Below, piece by piece: positions 1-7,482 of a DNA stretch of 10,780 nucleotides. The DNA is from an uncultured delta proteobacterium (lineage in GTDB: Bacteria > Myxococcota > Myxococcia > Myxococcales > Anaeromyxobacteraceae), in NCBI GenBank assembly GCA_963828255.1, contig CAWHDZ010000036.1, positions 1 through 10,780 on the forward strand, in the 5' to 3' direction. Below the pieces are notes generated by a model. That model had not been told where the DNA came from. It ran no database searches and was given only the letters and a program-made list of their open reading frames with translations. The translations under genes and the position numbers were made by a program. Each line of letters starts with the position of its first letter. Position 1 is the first letter of the stretch.

Positions 1-47
1 GCGGTAGCGACGGCGAGACACCCTCACGGGGCGTTCGACCGCGCGGC

Positions 48-62
48 TGACGCGCCGCGTCA
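48..62. promoter_or_regulatory. Perfect 7-1-7 palindrome TGACGCG-C-CGCGTCA, candidate transcription factor site
   Basis: Dyad read directly; starts 46 nt before the TTGAC at 94. A degenerate copy (TGACGCGATGTGCCA, 10256..10270) starts 46 nt before the TTGAC at 10302. Confidence 0.5.
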
Positions 63-93
63 AGGGCCGTCATGGAATTCCCGCAAAGTCGGC

Positions 94-122
94 TTGACCC
101 GTCCACTTCACTTGTGCAGATT
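94..122 (+). promoter_or_regulatory. Putative sigma70-type promoter: -35 TTGACC (94-99), 17-nt spacer, -10 CAGATT (117-122)
   Basis: Near-consensus -35 and canonical spacing in a less GC-rich patch just upstream of the first gene; -10 matches TATAAT at 3/6 (A2, A4, T6). Confidence 0.55.
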
Positions 123-138
123 CAAGCAAGTGATTGAA
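121..138. promoter_or_regulatory. Inverted repeat TTCAA-N8-TTGAA, likely autoregulatory operator of the ArsR-family repressor
   Basis: TTCAA(121-125) GCAAGTGA TTGAA(134-138) overlaps the predicted -10/start region and ends 2 nt before the ATG. ArsR/SmtB repressors typically bind AT-rich dyads over their own promoter. Confidence 0.65.
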
Positions 139-140
139 AG

Positions 141-821
141 ATGATGAACGCAACCAACCACGGCCGCCGCGGCGCACTCGCCCACTACGACGAACTGGCC
201 CGCATCGGGAAGGCGCTCTCGAGCCCGGTGCGCCTGCGCCTCCTCGACCTGCTCCGGCAGGGTTCACGCAACGTGGACGAGCTGGCCCAGGCTGCCGACG
301 TGACGGTCGCCAACTCCTCGCGCCACTTGCAGCAGATGCGCACGGCCCGCCTGGTCCACGCGGAACGGGAGGGCAAGAACGTCCGCTACCGCATCGCAGA
401 CGAGAAGGTGTCCCGCGCCTTCGGCCTCCTGCGAGGACTGGCCGAGTCGCTCCTCCCCGAGATGGAGCTGCTCCGGCGCGAGATGGGCGCGCTCGATCCT
501 GCGGAGAGGGACGAGCTGCTCGGCCGGATCCTCCGCGGCGAGGTGACCCTCGTGGACACGCGGCCGGTCGAGGAGTACCAGGCCGGCCACCTCCCCGGTG
601 CGCGCTCCATCCCGCTCGAGGAGCTGCCCGGACGTGTCCAGGACCTCCCTCGCGATCGCGAGGTGGTCGCCTACTGCCGCGGTCCGTACTGCCCCATGGC
701 CTCGGAGGCCGTGGCGATCCTCTCGGCCGCCGGGTTCCGGGCCCGTCACCTGGACCTCGGAGTCCCCGACCTTCCCACCCGCTCCCGTTCCACCCCACGA
801 CTCAAGAGGAAGAACCGATGA
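141..821 (+). CDS. ArsR/SmtB-family transcriptional regulator fused to a C-terminal rhodanese domain
   Basis: N-terminal winged HTH (KALSSPVRLRLLDLL...NSSRHLQQMRTARLV..REGKNVRYR); rhodanese motifs LVDTRP.EEY.AGHLPGA and VVAYCRGPYC (CRGPYC at 675-692). Alternative start at 144. Confidence 0.92.
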   Translation: MMNATNHGRRGALAHYDELARIGKALSSPVRLRLLDLLRQGSRNVDELAQAADVTVANSSRHLQQMRTARLVHAEREGKNVRYRIADEKVSRAFGLLRGLAESLLPEMELLRREMGALDPAERDELLGRILRGEVTLVDTRPVEEYQAGHLPGARSIPLEELPGRVQDLPRDREVVAYCRGPYCPMASEAVAILSAAGFRARHLDLGVPDLPTRSRSTPRLKRKNR

Positions 822-1771
822 AGAACCTCACCCGATCCATCGCCGTGGCCCTGGCCGCGGTCCTGTTCGCCGTCCCCGCCTCCGCGGCCGACGAGTTCAT
901 CACCGTCGACGCCGCCAAGGCCCTGCTGGGCAAGCCGAACGTGCGCTTCGTCTACGGCGACTCCGACAAGGAATTCGAGAAGGGGCACATCCCCGGGTCG
1001 GTGGTCGCCTACGCCCATGACCTTCACTACCTGGACGACGTGAAGGCCTGCAAGGGCCTGCCCATGTGCGAGCCCACCGCCGCGAAGTACATCGGCGCCA
1101 CGCTGGGGATCGACGCGGCGACCGAGGTGGTGGTCTACGACGCCGGAGCCGGCGCGAACGCCAGCGGCGCCTGGTTCTTCCTCAAGCTCTACGGCGCGAA
1201 GAACGTCCGCATCCTCGACGGGGGACTCGCCACCTGGAAGGCCCACGGAGGTGCGGTCGAGGCCGGTGGTCCCGCCAAGGTGGCCGCGAAGACCTTCGCC
1301 CCCAGCGTCCAGTGGGGCATGATCGCCACGGTGGACGAGGTGAAGAAGGCCACCGCCGACGCGGCCCACTACCTCATCCTCGACTCCCGCCACAACCTCG
1401 ACGAGTACACCGGGAAGACCCTCTCCAGCGCGCTCGCCTCGCCCGGCAAGGAGATCACCGTGAAGCGCGGCGGGGCCATCCCCACCGCGGTCTTCTCCCC
1501 CTGGAGCAAGTACGCTGGAAACAAGGACGGACAGGCCGACAAGCCCACCCTGAGGGACCAGGCCGATCTCCAGAAGCAGCTCGAGAAGCTCAAGAAGAAT
1601 GGGTACGACCCTTCCAAGACCGTGATCAGCTATTGCGCCGTGGGACTGGGCCGTGGATCGTTCCAGTACCTGGCGCTCCAGAAGGCCGGGCACCAGAACG
1701 TGAAGCTGTACGTCGGCTCCTGGGACGAGTGGGGGAACGATCCTTCCCTCCCCGTCGCCAGCCAGCCCTGA
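818..1771 (+). CDS. Exported tandem-domain rhodanese/sulfurtransferase-like protein (317 aa)
   Basis: True start ATG 818 (GAGGA at 806-810, ATGA overlap). Sec signal MKNLTRSIAVALAAVLFAVPASA; N-domain GHIPGS, VVVYD (inactive), LDGGLATW; C-domain ISYCAVGLGR and the terminal signature LYVGSWDEW. Confidence 0.9.
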   Translation: MKNLTRSIAVALAAVLFAVPASAADEFITVDAAKALLGKPNVRFVYGDSDKEFEKGHIPGSVVAYAHDLHYLDDVKACKGLPMCEPTAAKYIGATLGIDAATEVVVYDAGAGANASGAWFFLKLYGAKNVRILDGGLATWKAHGGAVEAGGPAKVAAKTFAPSVQWGMIATVDEVKKATADAAHYLILDSRHNLDEYTGKTLSSALASPGKEITVKRGGAIPTAVFSPWSKYAGNKDGQADKPTLRDQADLQKQLEKLKKNGYDPSKTVISYCAVGLGRGSFQYLALQKAGHQNVKLYVGSWDEWGNDPSLPVASQP

Positions 1772-1792
1772 CCGACCCGAGGAGGTGCGACC

Positions 1793-2917
1793 GTGCGCGC
1801 ATTCCTGCTGGGCGCCCTGACCGGCGCGGCCTTCGGCGTCGTCCTCTACAAGGTGGGGGCGACGCGGTACTCGCGGGTCATGGGCATGCTCACGCTCCGT
1901 GACACCAAGATCATGAAGTTCGCCTTCACCGCCATCGGCGTGGCCTCGCTCCTCTACGGGCTGGCCGCGGCGGCGGGCGTGGCCGAGGCCTGGGGGGTGG
2001 TGCCCCGCGTGATGCCCTACGTGGGGGCCGCCCACCTCCTGGGAGGCGCGCTCTTCGGCATCGGGCTCGGGGTCTCCGGCCTGTGCCCCGGCACCTGCGT
2101 GGCCAAGGCCGGCGGCCGCGGCGGCGCGAAGAAGTTCGTCGGCACGGCCGCCATCGCCGGGCTGCTCGTGGGAGTGCTGCTCTACGGGCTGCTCAAGGAC
2201 CCGCTGATGCGGGCCGAGGTGATCGCCACCAACCAGAAGCCGCTCACCCTGCACGGGGTGCTGGGCCTCCCCTACGCGGCCGTGGCGCTTGCCTGGGGCG
2301 CGCTCTTCGTCCTCGTCGCGCTTGTGGTCGACCGGTTCACCAGGGAGAAGACCTACGAGCCAGCCCGCCCCGCGTCCGGCCCGGTCGATGCGATTCGCGG
2401 GGAGTGGAGCTGGGTGGCCGCGGGAACCATCGCCGGGTTGCTGGTCTTCCTGGCCAGCGCACAGGGTGGCTACCTGGGCTTCTCGGGGGCGCTGCTCGCC
2501 GTCACCGGGTGGGGCGCCCATTTGCTGGGGCACCCGCTCGACCTCGTGCCCCGCATCAACGACGACATCGTCTGGCGCGCGGCCCTCATCATCGGGGTCT
2601 TCCCGGGGGCGCTTCTCGCCGCCGCGCTCTCGCTCCGCTCCAGGGCGGCGACCGAGGCGCCCGCGCCCAAGGTGCTCGACGGCGGCGCCATCGGGCGCAG
2701 CTTCGGCGCGGCCACGGTGATGAGCCTGGGCGCGCTCATCGGCGGCGGCTGCACGACCGGCGCCTTCATCGCGGCGTGGCCGACCTTGTCGCTCGGAAGC
2801 ATCGCCATGGCCGGCACCTTCTTCGTGGTGTCGATGGCCGTTGCGAATGGCCGCCTGCTCGCCCGATCCCTCGATCTCGGGGCCGCGCAGGCATCCGGTG
2901 ACCGCGTCTACGACTAG
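1793..2917 (+). CDS. YeeE/YedE-family (thiosulfate/sulfur-compound transporter) polytopic membrane protein
   Basis: GTG start with GGAGG at 1781-1785; many Gly-rich hydrophobic helices; motifs GGALFGIG..VSGLCPGTC in the N-half and GALIGGGCTTG in the C-half. Confidence 0.88.
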   Translation: MRAFLLGALTGAAFGVVLYKVGATRYSRVMGMLTLRDTKIMKFAFTAIGVASLLYGLAAAAGVAEAWGVVPRVMPYVGAAHLLGGALFGIGLGVSGLCPGTCVAKAGGRGGAKKFVGTAAIAGLLVGVLLYGLLKDPLMRAEVIATNQKPLTLHGVLGLPYAAVALAWGALFVLVALVVDRFTREKTYEPARPASGPVDAIRGEWSWVAAGTIAGLLVFLASAQGGYLGFSGALLAVTGWGAHLLGHPLDLVPRINDDIVWRAALIIGVFPGALLAAALSLRSRAATEAPAPKVLDGGAIGRSFGAATVMSLGALIGGGCTTGAFIAAWPTLSLGSIAMAGTFFVVSMAVANGRLLARSLDLGAAQASGDRVYD

Positions 2918-2926
2918 GGGCGACAC

Positions 2927-3067
2927 ATGAAGACCCAGGTACGGATCCTGATCCTGATGACCATCGTGGCGCTCGCGGCGGGCTGGATCGGGCTTCGCCG
3001 CGGGAACGCGGCACTCGAGGCGCGTCTCGCGGCCGCCGGATCGCCCGCCAAGGAGGTGCGTCCATGA
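2927..3067 (+). CDS. Small 46-aa single-helix membrane protein, not in the ORF track
   Basis: MKTQVRILILMTIVALAAGWIGLRRGNAALEARLAAAGSPAKEVRP*; AGGGG at 2916-2920; fills the gap between flanking genes; its TGA overlaps the next ATG (ATGA 3064-3067). Confidence 0.7.
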   Translation: MKTQVRILILMTIVALAAGWIGLRRGNAALEARLAAAGSPAKEVRP

Positions 3068-3531
3068 GCGTCAAGGCCGAGGTCCTCGCATCCGCGGCGA
3101 TCCTGGCGGTGCTGTCCACGATGCTCGTCGTCGAGGGGAGCCGCCGCGTCGAGCTGGAGCGGCGCGTCCCCGTCGAGGCCAAGGAACTCTACCGGACGCT
3201 GGCCCGGTCGCAGACCAGCTGGCAGGTCGTCGACGTGCGCCCCGATCTCTCGGAGGGTTACGAGGAGTCGCACGTCCCCGGCGCCATCCCGCTGCCGGGA
3301 TGCGACCTGGCGCGCGCCCCCGAGTCCGCCCGGGCACGGATCCTCTTCTCGGTCCCCACGGTGCTGGTGGCGCCGAAGGACGACCCGGAGGCCTTGCGGG
3401 CCTGCCTGTCGCGGTTCGCATCGGCCCGCGGCCTGGCGGGCGGCATGGACGGATGGTCCGGTGCGAACCTGCCGGAGGACGTGGGAGCGTACTCACCGCC
3501 GTCGGCCAAGGCCGGCGGCGGCTGTCTCTAG
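3064..3531 (+). CDS. Membrane-anchored or exported single-domain rhodanese-fold protein with C-terminal GGGCL tail
   Basis: N-terminal hydrophobic segment; VVDVRP, YEESHVPGAI, LAGGMDGW..ANLP rhodanese signatures; AAGGAGG RBS upstream; the usual active-site Cys position reads TVLVAPKDD. Confidence 0.85.
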   Translation: MSVKAEVLASAAILAVLSTMLVVEGSRRVELERRVPVEAKELYRTLARSQTSWQVVDVRPDLSEGYEESHVPGAIPLPGCDLARAPESARARILFSVPTVLVAPKDDPEALRACLSRFASARGLAGGMDGWSGANLPEDVGAYSPPSAKAGGGCL

Positions 3532-3546
3532 CCGCGGGAGCCCCAG

Positions 3547-6423
3547 ATGACGGTCAGCCGACGCACGCTGCTCAAGTCCCTCGTGGCCCTCGGCGCGGGG
3601 GGCGCCGCCGCCCGGACGCTGGCTGGCCAGGGTCCGGACGCGCCGGTCCAGGCGCCGCCGGCCCCTGCGGGCCCTGCCGGGCGGGCCACCGAGGCCGCCT
3701 ACCGCGAGGAGTTCGCGGCGACCTACGGGGACGGCGAGAGCCACGGCCACGCCTACCATTGCGTGAACTGCCAGGGGAACTGCGCCTGGGACGTCTGGAC
3801 CGACGCAGAGGGGCGCATCACCCGCGAGAACCAGTCGGCGAGCTACCCGGCCATCGCCCCCGACGTACCCGACGCCAACCCGCGCGGGTGCAACAAGGGG
3901 GTGCAGCAGTCCCAGATCCTCTACCAGCCAGACCGCCTCCTCCACCCCATGCGCAGGACCGGGGCGCGCGGGGAGGGCAAGTGGAAGCGCATCTCCTGGG
4001 ACGAGGCCATCACCGAGGTGGCCACCCACCTCTACGAGACCATGCTCGGGACCGGACCGGCCGGGAACTACGTGCACATGGGCTCGGGCATGCTCTCGGA
4101 GGCCCGTGCGGCATCGGTGAAGCGGCTCGGCACGCTGCTCGGCGCCGTGCGCCCCTACATCGCGAGCTACGTGGGCGACATGTTCCCCGGCGTCTCGGTG
4201 GTCTACGGCGAGGGGAACCTGGGCTGCACCTACGACTTCGTTTTCGGCTCGGACGTGGCGCTCTTCTGGGGGTGCAACCCCAACACCTCGCGCATCCCCG
4301 ACGCCCACTACCTCTGGGAAGGCAAGTACCGGGGCGCCAAGATCATCGTGGTCACCCCCGAGTTCAACGCGAGCGCCATCCACGCCGACCTCTGGGTGCC
4401 GGTGAAGCCGGGGTTCGACGGCCACCTGGCGCTTTCCATCATCCAGCGGCTGGTGGCCACCAGGCGCTACTCCGAGCCCTTCCTGAAGCAGTTCACCGAC
4501 CTGCCGCTCCTCGTGCGCACCGACACGAAGCAGCTGGTCCGGCTGCACGACATCAATCCGGCCGACCCGCGCTTCGACCGGAAGAGCGCCGAGCTCTTCG
4601 CCGCCGACCACGACAAGCACCACGAGGTCTTCCTGGCGTGGGACCGCAACCAGAAGAAGGTCGTGGCGCTGCCGGGCTGCGAGGGCTCCACCGTCGACAC
4701 CCTGCGGCTCACCGACATCGCCTGGAAGATCGACCCGGCCCTCTCCGGCAAGTTCCGCATCCGCCTCGCGGGCAAGGGCGAGGTGGAGGTGGAGCCGGCC
4801 TTCGCGTCCTTCGTGCGCGAGCTGCAGGCCTACACGCCCGAGAAGACCGCCAAGGTCACCGGGGTGCACCCGTCCGTCGTCGAGCAGCTGGCCAAGGAGC
4901 TCTCCGGGTCGCGCGTCGCCATCGTGACCCTTGGGTTCGCGGTCGGGAAGCACTTCAACGGGATGCTGTCGCAGCGGGCCGTGGCCTCGCTCACCGCCTT
5001 CCTGGGCAAGCTGGGCCCGTTCGGCGGCCTCGCCACCGAGAACGAGTGGAGCATCAGCGGGCTGGAGGGGCTCTCCGGCTTCGCCGGGAAGTACACCCAC
5101 CGCTTCGCCTCCGGCTTCGTCTCCGAGTTCATGCTGGGGGATGGCTTCTCCGACGCGGCCCAGGCCTTCGACGATGCCGACGTGAAGCGCGCCACGGGAA
5201 CCTCCCGGGCCGCCTACGACGCGCAGGTGAAGGAGCTGATCGAGGCGTCGGCCGGCGACGCCGGGGAGAAGAAGGGAAAGCCCTGGTGGAAGGAGGTGGA
5301 GACCTTCCTGATCTTCGCCGACGCCCGCCTGCGCCGGAACAAGGGGGCCTACAAGCAGGCCTTCCTCGACAAGGCGAAGTTCATCGCCTACGGCGACTTC
5401 CGGATGAGCGACTTCGCGACTTGGGCCGACGTCCTCCTCCCCTGCACCACCTCGTACGAGGCCTGGGACCTCCGCACCAACCCCGGCTACCACCGCTTCG
5501 CCAACATCTGCGTCCCGCCCGCCAACTTGAAGCGGGTCGGCGAGGTGAAGTCGGAGTGGGAGATCTCGACCCTCATCGTCGAGAAGCTGGAGGCGCTGGC
5601 GAAGGCCCGGCACCAGGCCACCGGCGACGAGCGGTCCATCAAGATCCCCGACGCCACCCATGCGAAGGACGGATTCCACGCCATGGACCGGCTGGTCGAG
5701 GAGTTCACCCAGGGCGGCAAGCTGCGCACCGACCGCGAAGCGGTGGAGTTTGCGCTCGAGCACGTGGACCAGTTCAAGCCCAGCTCCGCGAAGTCCATGG
5801 TCGAGCGCGGGGGCTTCCTGGTCCTGAACGAGAAGGCGGGGAAGACCTCGCCGCTCTACCCCGACAGGCCCTACAACTCCTTCGAGAACAACCTCTACCT
5901 GCACCAGCGCTTCGAGACGGTCTCCGGGCGGCTCACCTTCTACGTGGACCACCCGCTCTGGATCGCCGCCGGAGCCCAGATCCCGCGGGCCACCGAGCCC
6001 ATCCACCCGCGCCGGTTCCCGTTCCTGCTCATGACGCCTCACGCCCGCTGGTCGATCCACTCGACCTACAAGGTGTCCCCGACGCTGCTGCGCCTGCAGC
6101 GCGGCGAGCCCTGCGTGATGATGAATCCGAGGACCGCCGCGGCCAAGGGGATCGGCGACGGCGACCGGGTGCGAATGTGGAACGACCTCGGTGAGATCTT
6201 CGTCCAGGCCAAGATCGCCACCGGTGTCCCGCCCGCCGCCGTCCTCATGGAGCACGGCTGGGAGCCCTTCCAGTACCGGGGGCGCAAGGGGCACAACGCC
6301 GTCATCGGGGACATGCTGAACCTCCTCGAGGTGAGCGACGGCTGGGGCCACCTCAAGTTCGGCACGAACTGGGACGGCAACCAGCACGCCTACGACTCGA
6401 CCGTCGACATCGCCAAGGTCTAG
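3547..6423 (+). CDS. Type II DMSO-reductase-family Mo-bisPGD oxidoreductase, catalytic alpha subunit, Tat-exported (NarG/SerA/ClrA/PcrA/EbdA/DdhA-like); substrate unknown
   Basis: Tat motif SRRTLLK; FS0 motif H71-x3-C75-x3-C79-x35-C115 (HCVNCQGNC...NPRGCNKG); RGEGKWKRISWDEA; predicted Mo ligand D211 (SYVGDMFPG); WGCNP..SRIPDAHY; ADVLLP; TPHARWSIHSTY; 958 aa. Confidence 0.93.
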   Translation: MTVSRRTLLKSLVALGAGGAAARTLAGQGPDAPVQAPPAPAGPAGRATEAAYREEFAATYGDGESHGHAYHCVNCQGNCAWDVWTDAEGRITRENQSASYPAIAPDVPDANPRGCNKGVQQSQILYQPDRLLHPMRRTGARGEGKWKRISWDEAITEVATHLYETMLGTGPAGNYVHMGSGMLSEARAASVKRLGTLLGAVRPYIASYVGDMFPGVSVVYGEGNLGCTYDFVFGSDVALFWGCNPNTSRIPDAHYLWEGKYRGAKIIVVTPEFNASAIHADLWVPVKPGFDGHLALSIIQRLVATRRYSEPFLKQFTDLPLLVRTDTKQLVRLHDINPADPRFDRKSAELFAADHDKHHEVFLAWDRNQKKVVALPGCEGSTVDTLRLTDIAWKIDPALSGKFRIRLAGKGEVEVEPAFASFVRELQAYTPEKTAKVTGVHPSVVEQLAKELSGSRVAIVTLGFAVGKHFNGMLSQRAVASLTAFLGKLGPFGGLATENEWSISGLEGLSGFAGKYTHRFASGFVSEFMLGDGFSDAAQAFDDADVKRATGTSRAAYDAQVKELIEASAGDAGEKKGKPWWKEVETFLIFADARLRRNKGAYKQAFLDKAKFIAYGDFRMSDFATWADVLLPCTTSYEAWDLRTNPGYHRFANICVPPANLKRVGEVKSEWEISTLIVEKLEALAKARHQATGDERSIKIPDATHAKDGFHAMDRLVEEFTQGGKLRTDREAVEFALEHVDQFKPSSAKSMVERGGFLVLNEKAGKTSPLYPDRPYNSFENNLYLHQRFETVSGRLTFYVDHPLWIAAGAQIPRATEPIHPRRFPFLLMTPHARWSIHSTYKVSPTLLRLQRGEPCVMMNPRTAAAKGIGDGDRVRMWNDLGEIFVQAKIATGVPPAAVLMEHGWEPFQYRGRKGHNAVIGDMLNLLEVSDGWGHLKFGTNWDGNQHAYDSTVDIAKV

Positions 6424-6432
6424 AGGACCCCC

Positions 6433-7482
6433 ATGACGACCCGACAACTCGCGATGGTGATGGACCTCAACAAGTGCATCGGCTGCCAGACCTGCACGGT
6501 CGCCTGCAAGACGCAGTGGACCAACCGGAACGGCCGCGCGTACATGTACTGGAACAACGTGGAGACCCGCCCGGGCACCGGCTACCCCCGCGACTGGGAG
6601 GGCATGGGCGGTGGCTTCGATGGATCCGGCGTCCTGCGGGACGGCACCGTCCCGTCGCGCGGCGCCGACTACGGGACGCCCTGGGACTTCAACCTCGACG
6701 AGGCCGCGCTCGGCAAGGTGCTCGGTCCCCTGGGAGAGCCGAAGGCCGGTCCGAACTGGGACGAGGACCGCGGGGAGGGCGACTTCCCGAACAGCTGGTT
6801 CTTCTACCTTCCCCGCATCTGCAACCACTGCGCGAACCCCGGCTGCCTGGCCGCCTGCCCGCGGGGCGCCATCTTCAAGCGCGACCAGGACGGCGTGGTC
6901 CTGGTGGACCAGGAGCGCTGCGAGGGGTTGCGCTACTGCGTCGCCGGATGCCCGTACAAGAAGATCTTCTTCAACCCGGAGACCTCCCGATCGGAGAAGT
7001 GCATCCTCTGCTTTCCGCGGGTGGAGGCCGGGCTCGCCCCGGCCTGCGCCCAGCAGTGCGTGGGCCGCCTGCGCTTCGTGGGCTACCTCGACGACGAGGC
7101 CGGGCAGGTCCACAAGCTGGTCCGCAAGTGGGAAGTGGCCCTCCCGCTTCACCCGGAGTACGGCACCCAGCCCAACGTCTTCTACGTGCCTCCGCTCCCG
7201 GGCCCCCCGAAGTTCGACGCGAAGGGGCGCCCCATCCCGGGGAGCGAGCGCATCCCCATGGCCTACCTGGAGGGCCTGTTCGGCACGGGTGTGCGCAAGG
7301 TGGTGGCCAAGCTCGAGTCGGAGATGGCGCGGAAGCGGGAGGGCAAGCCTTCCGAGCTGATGGACGTGCTCATCGCCTTCCAGCAGAAGGAGATGTTCCG
7401 CCTCGGGACCCCCACCGCGACCGGGCTGGTCCAGCTGGGCCGGCGCGGCATTCGCTCGGTCGAGGCGAAGGAAGGACGATGA
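6433..7482 (+). CDS. Type II DMSO-reductase-family Fe-S beta subunit (NarH/SerB/EbdB-like; three 4Fe-4S plus one 3Fe-4S predicted)
   Basis: MVMDLNKCIGCQTCTVAC, YMYWNNVETRPG.GYP, GPNWDED, FYLPRICNHCANPGCLAACP, CEGLRYCVAGCPYKK (three-Cys group), KCILCFPR..PACAQQCVGR, LPLHPEYGTQPNVFYVPP; GAGGA RBS. Confidence 0.95.
   Translation: MTTRQLAMVMDLNKCIGCQTCTVACKTQWTNRNGRAYMYWNNVETRPGTGYPRDWEGMGGGFDGSGVLRDGTVPSRGADYGTPWDFNLDEAALGKVLGPLGEPKAGPNWDEDRGEGDFPNSWFFYLPRICNHCANPGCLAACPRGAIFKRDQDGVVLVDQERCEGLRYCVAGCPYKKIFFNPETSRSEKCILCFPRVEAGLAPACAQQCVGRLRFVGYLDDEAGQVHKLVRKWEVALPLHPEYGTQPNVFYVPPLPGPPKFDAKGRPIPGSERIPMAYLEGLFGTGVRKVVAKLESEMARKREGKPSELMDVLIAFQQKEMFRLGTPTATGLVQLGRRGIRSVEAKEGR

Noticed and set aside
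134..817. N-terminal extension of the 134..1771 ORF (likewise 6474..7478, 7696..9045, 9369..9866)
   Set aside because: Arg/Pro-rich off-frame read-through of the upstream gene; true starts at 818, 7479, 9046 and 9867 have RBSs, stop/start overlaps and, where expected, signal peptides.
141..821. Arsenic-resistance operon
   Set aside because: No Cys in the ArsR domain and no arsB/acr3/arsC/aio/arr genes; the context is rhodanese/YeeE.
750..821. Possible frameshift at the ArsR-rhodanese C-terminus (LDLGVPDLPTRSRSTPRLKRKNR lacks the usual W..GLP ending)
   Set aside because: I saw no alternative frame restoring the motif, and the stop is neatly coupled to the next start; cannot be supported without homologues.
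3300..6194. 964-aa alternative-frame plus-strand ORF
   Set aside because: Arg/Gly/Pro-rich with no domain motifs; expected from stop-codon scarcity in GC-rich coding DNA.
3493..7152. 1219-aa minus-strand ORF and other long antisense ORFs (746..2926, 7263..8318, 8902..9849, 70..798)
   Set aside because: Shadows of high-GC sense genes; no recognisable motifs, and they lie opposite well-supported CDSs.
3547..7482. Calling the enzyme respiratory nitrate reductase narGH, or serAB/pcrAB/ebdAB
   Set aside because: Much shorter than NarG, no narJ/narI, and the Asp-ligand region differs from the FYDWYxD pattern; the family is clear but the specific enzyme is not.
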